In this document: positions 37,125 through 51,529 of the stretch, piece after piece
How positions within the stretch are numbered: position 1 is the first letter of the stretch
Layout of the letters: the number at the start of each line of letters is the position of its first letter
Assembly (NCBI RefSeq): GCF_009914755.1
Contig: NC_060926.1
DNA: 64,000 nt
Source of the DNA: the human T2T-CHM13v2.0 reference genome, Homo sapiens
Direction: 5' to 3' (one strand)
Made by a program: the position numbers and the translations under genes
The notes under the pieces: model-generated
The model's database searches: none
The model's input: the letters and a program-made list of their open reading frames with translations, nothing else
What the model was told of the DNA's origin: nothing

Positions 37125-38003
37125 TATATAGCAGTTGTTATTAGTGTTACAAGGAAGGGTAATGCAAATGAAACATCAAGGGCATATTCATCAAAAGTGT
37201 TTGTACATTGATGGAGAGATTTGAAGGAAAGGCCTGATAATATCAAAATCATGACTAGATGAAATCAAGCACAAAGTATGGGCAAAGCAGATATTATCCT
37301 TTTAACTACCTTTTATCACTTGAATCTCCTTTTTCTTTGGCATTAGCAGAAAGCATATAAAATGAGTCTTTGTGCATATCTCTTGATATTTCTTCAAGAA
37401 TTAATGATTAATTTTAGTTAAGCTATGTTAATATTTGTAGTTGGCTTGTTCTGACCCTTTTAGTGTCTGAATAATCAATTATAGTGCACATTAATCAGCC
37501 AATATATTTGAACAATATAATATTTTTTCTTTGCTCAACTTTATCTTGTTCACTTAAAGAAATTACTTCCATTTATAAAGTTTAATAAATACATTAAAAC
37601 TCTCTCCATCTACTCACAACCTCTCCACACACGCACAAGCACACATGTATATATGTATCCCCTGCCCAACTTAATCCTAAACCCCAATTAGTTCCCAGAG
37701 ATTCAGAGTAACTTCTTTGCTTGAGAAGGTAAGTCTATAAAAATATTTATTTAAACTAATTCAATTAAACATTATCTAAAAAGAACTCTGAAATCATAAT
37801 CCATCATTTCATAATATAATAGATTTTACTGTCATAGCTTTTGTTATTTCATCTATGGAAGTTTTTGCCCATGGTCCCACTCCCAGTGATCCACATGAAT
37901 TAAGCAGAGGAATAGGTTTACGCATGACATTATAGAGGAAAATTTTGATGAATAATGAAGTCACCTTTATGGGAGCATGCCTTCAAAAATGAAGCTTGTG
38001 AAT

Positions 38004-38052
38004 TCCCTGGTGGTGTAGTGGTTAGAAAACAAAACAAAACAACAATGACAAC
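38004..38052 (+). pseudogene. Retroposed 5' fragment of tRNA-Glu(CTC) with A-rich tail
   Basis: tccctggtggtgtagtggttag matches the tRNA-Glu 5' end TCCCTGGTGGTCTAGTGGTTAG at 21/22; (AAAAC)n tail; 17-bp TSD at 37985 and 38053. Confidence 0.85.
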
Positions 38053-38499
38053 AAAAGTGAAGTTTGTGAGTAAGAAGATTAGAATGTGAACTGTTATAAC
38101 TCAACTGTTTTTTCTTTTTATTTAAACCTTGCCACTCATCAACCTCTTCTTTGTTTCCATTATTTTTTCAGATTGTAGACCATAATCTCCCACAGAAAGG
38201 GAGAGCTGAGGGCTGGGCAAAGATTTGCCATCCTTAAAATCAATTAGGCATGGTAGTGTGCCCATGCTCAGGGCACTGGAGGCCAATGTGAGCTGCAATA
38301 TCTCAGGGATATAAAGGCAGCCAAGATTTCTCAGTGAGTTGTCCATCCAAAGATAGTGAGAAGAGAAGACAGACATAGTTAAATGGTTAAGAGACATAAT
38401 TGGGATACCAGATATGACAAAGTTTGAAGTTGGAGCAGACATGATTGTATATCTCTCCAGCATTCCTTTGGGGAGCCAGTTCTTCCTTATTTGTAGGCT

Positions 38500-39635
38500 A
38501 TAATGCTCTGATGAGCCTGATTCTTCCTTCTCACTACAGGTGTAAGTAGATATGTGATCCAGGACAACCTCTGAGCATTTAATTCTCCTGGATACAGTGA
38601 TTGGTGAAAGACGGGCATGTAATTCAAGAAAATCCAGAGTCCTATCCCTCTACATTTTCTGTTATCACTAGCAAGAAATATAACCTTTATTTTCTGGTAT
38701 TGATATACTAGAAGGATATTAAACAAGGAGGAAATAGGCATGAAGTAGGAAGGAATTGATGCCAGCACAGAAAGAGAAATAGAGCTGTTACCCGGAGGTG
38801 CAGGAATTCTCAATTCTTAGCTTTATTTGGGGAAGGATTTCTGCCAAACAACTAACTTACAACCCCTGCCCCCCCACCCCCGCCACAAGAGAGATAATTT
38901 ATTGAGCAGAGGGATTATTTAGAGACACAATACGCTCTGAAATATGAGGCAGAGTAGGCTGCTGAAAGGGAGTGAGCCAGCAGCAACCCGAGACTTCTGC
39001 GTTGGGTTTTTATGGTGTCAGATTTTTTCTTGAAGTTCCTGCCTCTATCTTAAGTCTCTGCATTTTCCTTTGTTTAGTTTTCCCACTTCTGCCTTAAGTC
39101 CTCAACTTCCCCCCGCCCCACCCCATCCCCCTCCTCTGCTGCCTAGTTCCAACCCCAGGTTTGTGGAACCCCCACTTAGTATTAGTTGGTGTGCATGGCG
39201 GCCCAGGAGTTGGATACAAATTTCACCTGTCTATCTGTCGGGAATTTCCTCTCTCCTTTGCCCTCTTCCCCTTATCAGCATGCACCTAGTGACATTCTGA
39301 CATTTTAACTGCAGCATGAATGATTACTGAGTATCTTAAGGAGTGTTCCCTTCTACATAGGTATTTCTCCTCTCCTCTGCTCATATCTAACATGCATGTT
39401 TTGGGTGATCTCTGGGTGTGACATTTTCCAGACCTCCCATTTCTCAGGGAATCCCCTCTCCTGCTCATGTCTAGCTATCTGCCTATTCTAACAGAGCTAA
39501 GAAAGAGGTATAAAATCATTTAAGCCCACAGAGTGCTGTCTGGAACCAAATCTACCTCCATTCTTTCAATCATGTATGCCATTTTGTAAGCAATTTTAAA
39601 CTAACTTCTGTCACATGCACCAAGATGTATGCGTG
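38500..39635 (+). mobile_element. Old MLT1-family LTR split by MER50
   Basis: ctcctggatacagtgattggtgaaagacgggcatgt on the left; ttctgtcacatgcacc on the right. Confidence 0.5.
38786..39493 (-). mobile_element. MER50-like ERV1 solo LTR
   Basis: Minus strand starts tgttagaataggcagatagctagacatgagcaggagagggga; TG...CA termini; 4-bp TSD gagc. Confidence 0.85.
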
Positions 39636-40304
39636 CTTAAAAACAGGCAAATTCCAAATTCCATATTTTAGAAGAATTATGAGGACTCCTACCCCAGAAG
39701 TCTTCATGTTTTTTCATCTTCTGAGTACTCTCAACTAAATATAGCATTTGTATTTTAGAATTTAAATATATATATTTCATAAAATAATTTTGGAGATTTG
39801 GGTGCAAGAGAAGACCCAAGACTGCCTAAGTTAGAAGCTACTAGAATGCCAGCCCCTTGAATTACAATAGCAAACAGCTACAATGCAACAGAGGTGATAA
39901 GGTATTACAGTGTTTCCTTACTGAAGGGGGTAAAATTTGAAGATCAACTGCTGGAAAATAAAGAGATTTCAGGACCCTAGAAGGCATTTGCCACAAATGT
40001 AGTTTTATAGTCAGAGTAAAAGTAATATTTGAGATGGTAAAAATATTGTACCAATGCTAATCCTATCAAGGTGATAGCTGTGGTTCTGTATATGGAGGGC
40101 CTAAAGGAATCTTCATCCCTTTTCCAGCCACTTTAGAGTTTGCTCACCCTTTTTTCAGCAACACTAACAGTTCTCTTTGCTACTTTTCTAGCCATCTCCA
40201 ACAGCTTCTCCATTGCTTTTTGATCCTTTACTCACCTACTGGTCCCAAACCAATACCACACACGTTAGATTTTGTCATAAAAGCACCATGCCTCTGGGTA
40301 TCAA

Positions 40305-41270
40305 TTACCATATCATTCTTTGGTGCATAGCAAGCCCTCTCAAAATATAGAGGTTTGAAACAGCCATCATGTATCAGCTTACAGTATGTTGGGTTGGCAT
40401 CTTGGCCTGGGATCAGCTGAATCATTTTGAACACTGGTGTCTTATAGGCTCACTCAAGGCTCTGAAGTCAGCTGGCAGGTGAGTTGGGGCTGGACAGTCT
40501 AGGATATTATGTGGATTGTATTTTCCAAACACAGCCACACCAATATTTTATGCCATAAGCTGTTCTTACCTTGTGATGTCAATACTCCTACATTGAGGGT
40601 ACATTTTTCCTCCTCTTGAATTTGGGTAGGTCTGTCCCAAATGCATGATTTTCAAGATTAGGTTAAGAAAAGGCTACACAGTTTCTTCCTTGCTTTTTTT
40701 CTTAGGAACTCTGTTTTTCAACCAACCAACCAACCATGCTGAGAGGAAATCCATATGGGCTCACCCAGAGAAACAACACAGAGTCCTCCCTGAAGAGGAA
40801 CTGGCACACCCACTCTAGAGTCAGCATCAACCACCAGAGTTATGTGAATCTTCAGATTATTTTAGCCTGCAGCCTTTAAACTGTCCCAGCTGACAACAAG
40901 TAAAGCAGAGTTGAGCTATTCCTGCCAAGCCTTACTCAAATATCATATTCTAGAGAAAAAAAAAAAAGTTAGCGCTGTTTTAAGCCACTTAGTTTTGGGA
41001 TGATTTATTATGCAGCATGAAATGACTAAAACAGATGGCCTCATTCATATGTATGGCAGTTTGCAGGCTGTTGGCTGGGAGGCTTTAATTCTATTCAAAA
41101 TGGTTTCTTTGAGTGGAGGCTAACTCAGACTCATTCACACTTTGATTTCATACATCCAAGCACAGAGAAAAGAGGGCAAGCCTCAAATGTACAGCCACTC
41201 TTTAAGCCACAGCTTGTATCATACTTACTGATGTCCTTTTGACACAGCAGCCTACCTAGAATCTGTATCA
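40305..41270 (-). mobile_element. MLT1 LTR with a nested second MLT1 LTR
   Basis: gtcagctggcaggtgagttggggctgg..tctaggat is continued by gatggcctcattcatatgtatggcag after the insert. Confidence 0.6.
40510..41033 (+). mobile_element. MLT1G-like LTR
   Basis: tgtggattgtattttccaaa ... gttttaagccacttagttttgggatgatttattatgcagca..actaaaaca. Confidence 0.7.
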
Positions 41271-42773
41271 TAACAGAGTGCCTTGATTATGGGCTCTGAA
41301 AGGTCCAATATGCATTCTGAAGGCATATGACTTGTGGCACCAAATCAAATGTAACACACAGTTACTGCATATGCAGTTTTCAGTTTTCCTTCTGGGTAAC
41401 TACCACAGATTTCCTGGTTTCCTGGGACCAAGGAGAATCTGTAAATTTGGAAAATTTTAGATGATGTAATTAGTGTTGATAGCTTAAGTATGATATAGAA
41501 TAAAGATCAGAGATTTTTCCAGAGATAATCAGAGTGCAAGTTGCACTCTGAAGCAGGTCAAAGAGTCTTATGAAAAGCTCCAGACTGTTGGCATTTTCCC
41601 ATGGCAAGCCTTATTGGGATTATATGCTATAGTAGAACATTATGAATGCTAGTCTAAAACTGGAGCTATGACATATTCTGACACTTCTCTTTCTAATATT
41701 GTCTCAACTGAAAGGCAGGAAAGCTGCCACCAACTTATATAACAAGAGACATGAAAAACTTCTTCTGGAGGTCAAAAACTCAAGCGAGAATTAAGATATT
41801 ATTCCACAGTTCCCCCAACAGAGTAAGGAACTTCATATAGAGGTAGGCTTCTGTGAAGTAAAGAGCCTTTCAACTTTAATAAAGGCACAGTCACCAAACC
41901 TGGCTTACAGAAGCCTGGGCTGTTTTCATTAGAGTATTTCAAAAATGAGATTTTGAAATAGATATTTACAGCTCAGAAGTGAATCCGATTGACCTGAGGG
42001 TGAGAGCTAAGCCTCACAGAGATGAAATCAGAATGATATTCTATTTACCATGAGAGATCTGGTGAGATAGCCTTCTAGCAGAGGAGAATGGGGCAAGGAT
42101 AATCGATTTGTGAAAAAGGCAGAGGAAATACAATCTCTGGAGTACAGGAGGAGCAGAGTTAGAAGATGATTGTGAAACACTGCAGTAGCATGTTCTGGGC
42201 ATCTAGAGTATAACTGAAGGATATTAGACCGAGCCATATTAAATTACCACTTTTGTAGAATAAAAATGTTTAAATATTCTATTTGGTTCAACTTAATGAT
42301 TAGGAAAAAGACAGCATTCATATATATTCTTTCCTCCATGTCTGTTATGTGAAAAGCAATTATCCCCAACATCTGTGGAGCTGCACTATTCTCTTAATTT
42401 TTCTGATTTATCCATATGGGTTGCTAGGCAGGTTCTTGGGTGTCTATCTATAATATACAGTCGCATCATGATAGTTCCTTAGCGAAGCCAAGTATGCATT
42501 ACTCAATCAATGCAAAGAAATGCAAAGGAATTATGGAGCCTGAATAATTAAACAAAAAAACTTGACAGCTTCCAAATATTCTAGATATATTCCTACAATA
42601 GGAACAAGGTATACTGCAGAATATGGTAAGCAAGTCTTAGCATTACATTAATTGCTACTGCATGGCACTAAAAAAATTCATCATGACAGGTGTGGGAAGA
42701 AAAGATTTGGTGGGAATGAAAGACATAAATTCATAATAAGCAGCAGAAAAAGTTTTGATTAAAAATTCATCCC

Positions 42774-43057
<284 letters not shown>

Positions 43058-44090
43058 TTTCATCCCATCTCTGCATGAAACACATACATGCACATATACA
43101 CATATACATATATATACCTATAGCACTGAGATATGAATAAAATGATTGTATTCAGGACTAATCTGATTGCTGTAACCCACATGCTCCTGAAACTTATAAA
43201 AGCATAACTGATGGAGGCTGTTCTGCATTGAAGATTTTCACATCTTACTGGGAAACATAATGGCCTACCAGCAGAGGAGGTAAAAGAAAAGCATATTCTT
43301 TTAGAATTTCTATAGAAATTGAAGAAGCATAGGATGATTTGTTTCTCATTCAATCACATACAAATAAATATAAATAATTATATGTTTTGACAACACATTT
43401 CTTCTTTTTTTATTATACTTTAAATTCTTGGATACATGTGCAGAACAAGCAGGTTTGTTACGTAGGCATACACGTGCCACGGTGGTTTGCTGCATCCATT
43501 AAACCATCATCTACAATAGGTATTTCTCCTCCCCTAATCCCCCATCCCCCAATAGGCCCCAATGTATGATGTTCCCCTCCATGTGTCCATGTGTTCTCAT
43601 TGTTCAACTCCACTTGTGAGAGAACATTTCTCTTCCTGTGTTAGTTTGCTGAGAATGATAGATTCCAGCTTCATCCATTTCCCTGCAAAGGACATGAACT
43701 CATCCTTTTTTATGGCTGTATAGTATTCCATGGTGTATATGTGACACATTTTCTTTATCCAGTCTCTCATTGATGGGCATTTGGATTGGTTCCAAGTCTT
43801 TGCTACTGTGAATACTGCTGCAGTAAACATAGGTGTGCATGTGTCTTTATAGTAGAATGATTTATAATACTTTAGGCATATACCCAGTAATGGTATTGCT
43901 GGGTCAAATGGTATTTCTGGTTCTAGATCCTTGAGGAACTGCCACACTGTCTTCCACAATGGTGGAACTAATTTATGCTCCCAACAGTGTAAAAGTTTCC
44001 CTATTTCTCCACATCCTCTCCAGCATCTGTTGTTTCTTGACTTTTTAATGATCGCCATTCTAACTGGCGTGAGATGGTATCTAATTGTGG

Positions 44091-44410
<320 letters not shown>

Positions 44411-47400
44411 TCATTGTGGTTTTGATTTGCATTTCTCTAATGACGAGTGATGATGAGCTTTTTAAATATGTTTTTTGGCCGCATAAATGTCTTCTTGTGA
44501 GAAGTTCTGTTCATATCCTTCACCCACTTTTTGAATGTTTTTTTCTTTTCTTGTAAATTTGTTTAAGTTCCTTGCAGATTCTGGATATTAGCTCTTTGTC
44601 AGATGGATAGATTGCAAAATTTTTCTCCCATTCTATAGGGTGCCTGTTCACTCTGATGATAGTTTCTTTTGCTGTGCAGAAGCTTTCTATTTCAATTAAA
44701 TCTCATTTGTCAATTTTGGTTTTTGTTGCCATTGCTTTTGGTGTTTTAGTCATGAAGTCTTTGCCCATGCCTATGTCCTGAATGGTATTGCCTAGGTTTT
44801 CTTCTAGGGTTTTTATGGTTTTAGGTCTTACATTTAAGTCTTTAATTCATCTTGAGTTAATTTTTGTATAAGGTATAAGGAAGGGATCCAGTTTCAGTTT
44901 TCTGCATATTGCTAGCCAGTTTTCCTAACACCATTTATTAAATAGGGAACCCTTTCCCCATTGCTTATTTTTGTTGAGTTTGTAAAAGATCAGATGGTTG
45001 TAGATGTGTAGCCTTATTTCTGAGGCCTCTGTTCCGTTCCATTGGTCTATATATCTGTTTTGGTACCAGTACCATGCTGTTTCAGTTACTGTACCCTTGT
45101 AGTATAGTTTGAAGACAGGTAGCGTGAAGTCTCCAGCTTTGTTCTTTTTGCTTAGGATTATCTTGGCTATGTGGGCTCTTTTTTGGTTCCACATGAAGTC
45201 TAAAATAGTTTTTTCCAAATCTGTGAAGAAAGTCAATGGTAGCTTGATGGGCATAGCACTGAATCTATAAATTACTTTGGACAGTATGGCCATTTTCACA
45301 ATATTGATTCTTCATATCCAAGAGCATAGAATGTTTTTCCATTTGTTTGTGCCTTCTCTTATTTCCTTGAGTAGTGGTTTGTAGTTCTCCTTGAAGAAGT
45401 CCTTCACATGTCTTGTGAGTTGTATTCCTAGGTATTTTATTCTCTTTGTAGCAGTTGTGAATGGGAGTTCACTCATGATTTGGCTCTCTGTCTATTATTG
45501 GTGTATAAGAATTCTTGTGATTTTTGCACATTGATTTTGTATCCTGAAACTTTGCTGAAGTTGCTTATCAGCTTAAGGAGATTTTGGGCTGAGACGATGG
45601 GGTTTTCTAAACATACAATCATGTCATCTGCAAACAGAGACAATTTGACTTCTTTTCTTCCTATTGAATATCCTTTATTTCATTCTCTTGACTGATTGCC
45701 CTGGCCAGAACTTCCAATACTATGTTGAATAGGAGTGGTGAGAGAGGGCATCCTTGTCTTGTGCCAGTTTTCAAAGAGAATGCTTCCAGCTTTTGCCCAT
45801 TCAGTATGATCTTGACTGTGGGTTTGTCATAAACAGCCCTTATTATTTTGAGATACGTTCCATCAAAACCAAGTTTATTGTGAGTTTTTAGCATGAAGGG
45901 GTGTTGAATTTTATCAAAGGCCTTTTCTGCATCTATTGAGATAATCATGTGGATTTTGTCATTGGTTCTGTTTACGTGATGGATTACACTCATTGATTTG
46001 CATATGTTGAACTAGGCTTGCATCCCAGGGATGAAGCCGACTTGATCGTGGTGGATAAGCTTTTTGATGTGCTGCTGGATTCAGTTTGCCAGTATTTTAT
46101 TGAGGAATTTTGCACTGATGTTCATCAGGGATATTGGCCTGACATTTTCTATGTTTGTTGTTGTGTCTCTGCCAGGTTTTGGTATCAGGATGATGCTGGC
46201 CTCATTAAATGAATTAGGGAGGAGTCCCTCTTTTTTATTGTTTGGAATAGTTTCAGAAGGAATGGTAACAGGTCCTCTTCGTACCTCTGGTAGAATTCGG
46301 ATGTGAATCCATCTGGTCCTGGGCTTTTTATGGTTGGTAGGCTATTAATTACTGCCTCAATTTCAGAACTTGTTACTGGTTTATTCAGGGATTCAACTTC
46401 TTCCTGGTTTGGTCTTGGGAGGGTGTATGTGTCCAGGAATTTATCCATTTCTTCTAGATTTTCTAGTTTATTTGCATAGAGATGTTTACAGTATTCTCTA
46501 ATGGTAGCTTGTATTTCTGTGGGTCAGTGGTGATATTCCCTTTACCATTTTTTATTGTGTCTATTTGATTCCTGTCTCTTTTCTTCTTTATTAGTCTGGC
46601 TAGCGGCCTATTTATTTTGTTAATCTTTTCAAAAAACCAGCTCCTGCATTCATTGATGTTTTGATGTGTTTTTTTTGTTTGTTTGTTTCTATCTTCTTCA
46701 GTTCTGCTCTGATCTTAGTTATTTCTTGCCTTCTGCTAGCTTTTAAATTTGTTTGCTCTTGTTTCTCTAGTTCTTTTAATTGTGATGTTAGGGTGTCGAT
46801 TTTAGATCTTTCTTGCTTTCTCCTGTGGGCATTTAGTGCTATAAATTTCCCTCTAAACACTGTTTTAGCTGTGTCCCAGAGATTCTGGTATGTTGTGTCT
46901 TTGTTCTCATTGGTTTCAAAGAACTTATTTCTCCCTTAATTTTGTTATTTACCCAGTAGTCATTCAGGAGCAGGTTGTTTAGTTTCCATGTAGTTGTGTG
47001 GATTTTAGTGAGTTTCTTAATCCTGAGTTCTAATTTGATTGCACTGTGGTCTGAGAGACTGTTATGATTTCCATTCTTTTGCATTTACTGAGGGGTGTTT
47101 TACTTCCAATTATGTGGTCAATTTTAGAATAAGTGCGATATGGTGCTGAGAAGAACATACATTCTGTTGATTTGGGGTGGAGAGTTCTGTAGATGTCTAT
47201 TAGGTCCTCTTTGTTCAGAGCTGAGTTCAAGTCCTGAATATCTATGTTACTTTTCTGTCTCATTGATCTGTCTAATATTGACAATGGGGTGTTAAAATCT
47301 CCCACTATTATTGTGTGGGAGTCTAAGTCTCTTTGTAAGTCTCTAAGAACTTGCTTTATGAATCTGGGCGCTCCAGATTCATATATATATATACTGGGTG

Positions 47401-48899
47401 CATATATATTTAGGATAGTTAGCTCTTCTTGTTGTGTTGATCCCTTTACCATCATGTAATGCCCTTCTTTGTCCTTTTTTAATCTTTGTTGGCTTAAAAT
47501 CTGTTTTATCAGAGACTAGGATTGAAAGCCCTGCTGTTTTTTTGTTGTTTTTTTTTTGTTGTTGTTGTTGTTGTTGTTTTTGCTTTCCATTTGCTTGGTA
47601 AATATTCCTCCATCCTTTTATTTTGAGCCTGTGTGTGTCTTTGCATGTGAGATGGGTCTCCTGAATACAGCACACCAATGGGTCTTGACTCTTTTTCAAC
47701 TTTGCCAGTCTTTTAATTGGGGCATTATCCCATTTATTTTTAAGGTTAATATTATTATGTGTGAATTTAATCCTGTCATTATGATTCTAGCTGGTTATTT
47801 TGCCCGCTAGTTGATGCAGTTTCTTCATAGTGTTTTTACAATTTGGTATGTTTTTGTAGTGGTTAGTACTGGTTTTTCCTTTTCATATTTAGTGCTTCCT
47901 TCAGGAGTTCTTGTAAGGCAGACCTAGTGGTGATAAAACCTCCCAGCATTTGCTTGTCTGTAAAGGATTTTATTTCTCCTTCACTTATGAAGCTTAGTTT
48001 GGCTGGATATGAAATTCTTGGTTGAAAATCCTTTTCTTTAAGAATGTTAAATATTGGTCCCCACTCTCTTCTGGCTTGTACAGTTTCTGCAGAGAGATCT
48101 GCTGTTAGTCTGATGGCCTTCCCTTTGTGGGTAAGCTGACCTTTCTCTCTGGCTTCCCTTAACATTTTTGCCTTCATTTCAACCTTGGTGAATCCAATGA
48201 TTACGTGTCTTGGGGTTGCCTTTCTAGAGGACTATCTTTGTGGTGTTCTCTATAGTTCCTGAATTTGAATGTAGGCATGTCTTGCTAGGTTGGAGAAGTT
48301 CTCCTGGATAATATCCTGAAGAGTGTTTTCCAACTTGGTTCCATTCTCCCCCCCACTTTTGGGTACACCAATCAAACTTAGGTTTGGTCCTTTCACATAG
48401 TCCCATATTTCTTGGAAGCTTTGTTCATTCCTTTTCATTCTTTTTTCTCTGATCTTGTCTTCACGCTTTATTTCATTGAGTTGATCTTCAATCTCTGATA
48501 TCCTTTCTTCCACTTGATTGATTCGGCTATTGCTATATGTGTATGCTTCATGAAATTCTCATGCTGTGTTTTTCAGCTCCATCAGGTCATTTACGTTTCT
48601 CTAAACTGGTTATTCTAGTTAGCAATTCCTCTAACCTGTTTTCAAGGTTCTTAGCTTCCTTGCCCTGGGTTAGAACATGCTCCTTTAGCTCAGAGGAGTT
48701 TGTTATTACCCACCTTCTGAGGCCTACTTGTATCAATTCATCAATCTCATTCTCCATCCAGTTTTGTTCTCTTGCTGGTGAGGAGTTGTGATCCTTTGGA
48801 AGAGAAGAGGCGTTCTGGTTTTTGGAATTTTCAGCCTTTACGAACTGGTTTTTCCTCACATTCATGGATTTATCTACCCTTGGTCTTTGATGTTGGTGA

Positions 48900-50190
48900 C
48901 CTTCAGATGGGGTTTTTGTGTGGATGTCCTTTTTGTTAATGTTGTTGCTATTCCTTTCTGTTTGTTAGTTTTCCTTCTAACAGTCCCCTCTGCTGCAGGT
49001 GTGCTGGAGTTTGCTGGAGGTCCACTCCAGACCCTGTTTGCCTGGGTATTTACAGCGCAGTCTGCAGAACAGCAAAGACTGCTGCCTGTTCCTTCCTCTG
49101 GAAGCTTTATCCCAGAGTGGCACCCGCCAGATGCCAGCCAGAGCTCTCCTGTAAGGATGTCTGTCAACCCTTGCTGGGAAGTGTCTCCCAGTCAGGAGGC
49201 ACGGGGGTCAGGGACCCACTTGAGGAGGCAGTCTGTCCCTTAGCAGAGCTCAAGCACTATGCTGGGAAATCCACTGCTCTCTTCAGAACCAGCAGGCAGG
49301 AATGTTTAAGTCTGCTGAAGCTGTGCCCGCAGCCGTCCCTTCCTCCAGGTACTCTGTCCCAGGGAGATGGGAGTTTTATCTATAAGCACCTGACTGGAGC
49401 TGCTGCCTTTCTTTCACAGATGCCCTGCCCAGAGGGGAGGAATCTAGAGAGGCAGTCTGGCTATAGTGGCTTTGCTGAGTTGTGGGGGGCTCCACCCAGT
49501 TTGAACTTCCAGGCAGCTTTGTTTACACTGTGAAGGGAAAACCACCTGCTCAAGCCTCAGTAATGGTGGACACCCCTCCCCCGACCAAGCTCAAGCATCC
49601 CAGGTTGACTTCAGACTGCTGTGCTGGCAGCAAGAATTTCGAGCCAGTGGATTTTACCTTGCTGGGTTCCGTGAGGGTGGGAACCGCTGAGTTAGACCAC
49701 TTGGCTCCTTGGCTTCAGCCCCCTTTCCAGGGGAGTGAATGGTTCTGTCTCACTGGGATTCCAGACACCACTGTGGTATGAAGAAAAAGCTCCTACAGCT
49801 AGCTTGGTGCCTGCCCAAATGGCCGTGCAGTTTTGTGCTTGAAACCCAGGGTCCTGGTGGCATAGGCACCAAAGGGAATCTCCTGGTCTGTGGGTTGTGA
49901 AGATTGTGGGAAAAGCGTAGTATCTGGGCTAGATAGCACCGTCCCTCATGGCACAGTCCCTCACGCTCCCCTTGGCTAGGGGAGGGAGTTCTCTGACCCC
50001 TTGCACTTCCCAGGTGAGGCAACACCCCACCCTGCTTCGGCTCACCCTCCATGGGCTGTACCCACTGTCTAACCAGCCCCAATGAGATGAGCTGGGTATC
50101 TCAGTTGGAAATGCAGAAATCACCTGCCTTCTGTGTTGATCTCTCTGGGAGTTGCAGACTGAAGCTGTTCCTATTCGTCCACCTTCGTTT
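48900..50190. promoter_or_regulatory. L1 5' UTR (internal sense promoter toward lower coordinates, antisense promoter toward higher coordinates)
   Basis: Complete L1PA 5' UTR; antisense splice-donor motif CAG|GTGAGG at 50013/50014 is retained. CpGs are largely decayed, so activity is unknown. Confidence 0.55.
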
Positions 50191-50949
50191 GAATCAACAA
50201 CACATATTTTTGAAGGTAAAAATCAATTATAATTAAAACATGCTGAGCTCTACTTTATGAAGTCTATTGTTCCCTTGAACCTGTTTAGAAATGAGAAATT
50301 TCCATATGTGGTTGTCATAGAAACAAGAAAACTTTGGTTTTTTCTATTCTGGCAGCTGATATTACAATAATTGATCCATATCACAGGCCTTTTTTTTTCA
50401 CCAGTCATAAATATGTCAATTTCATTATTAAAGATTATAAGGATGCTATATCCAAAAAAATACCTAAATCTCAAGATGGAATGTATTTAAAGGATGAATA
50501 TCCTGTGCTTCATGAATAATAGAACCAATGAACAACCAGTGGCCCTTTTATCTTTTCAGTAATATGAGAAATAGAAAGAACATAAGAAGAAATGTTTTAA
50601 AAAATCACAAAAATTCCAACTTTGGCATCTGAATTTGATTGGGAAAAATGACTAAGACAGATCATATTCACCATTGCAACTACAAAACTCTAATGGTTCT
50701 AACTTTCTCATGTTAGTTATCCTCCATGGACCCTGATATACTTTTATCGGGATGTATTGAACACTTTCTATGTGCTGCATTCTGTTAATGATACAGGAAT
50801 AGCCAAAGTACCCATTAAGAACTCTCCATCCAGTGGGGACCCCAAACTCATATACGACCAAGTCTCATCCAAGACTGAATCCAATAGGTGTCTGAAGAAT
50901 AAACAACAAAAATGCAATATGAGAAATATTGAGTATTGGTAGGCAAATG

Positions 50950-51517
50950 ATTCAGTCATTCCACTCCTGAGTATTCATCCAAAATAAATGAAATAAATGT
51001 CCATGAAAAGACTTGTACTTGAATGCCCCCAGCAGCTTTATTTGTAATAGACAAAACTATAAACAACCTAAATGTCCACCAATGAATAAGTGGATAAACA
51101 AACTGTGGTATATCTATAGAATGAAATAGATAACTATTTAGCAACCAGAAGAACCGATATATGCAATGATAATGACGAATTTCAAACTAAGAAGCCAGGC
51201 CAAAAAAAGAACACATACTGTACAAGTCCATTTATATTAAATTTTAGAAAATGCAAACTAATCCATAGCAACAGAAAATAGATCAGTGGTTGTTTGGAAA
51301 TGGAGGGAAAGAGGGATGACAAAGGGAATGGCGGAAACTTTTGATGGTGAAACAATTTTGATTAACTATCTTGGTTAGCTAGGTTGTCAAAGGTTAACTT
51401 GGTTATCAAAGGTTAACTACCTTGATTGTGCTGGTAGTTTCACAAAAATATCCAAATTTAATAAGTCATATACTTTAAATGGTATGTCAGTTATATCTCA
51501 ATAAAGCTGTTATAAAA
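50950..51517 (+). mobile_element. Old L1M (L1ME/MD-like) 3' end
   Basis: cattccactcctgagtattcatcc..aaatgcaaactaatc..agatcagtggttg..ttatatctcaataaagctg. Confidence 0.75.
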
Positions 51518-51529
51518 ATCATGTTTTAT

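Noticed and set aside
48788-50236. 100-150-aa ORFs in the L1 5' UTR (possible ORF0)
   Set aside because: GC-richer UTR sequence yields chance ORFs; no intact ORF0-like frame through the splice donor was seen.
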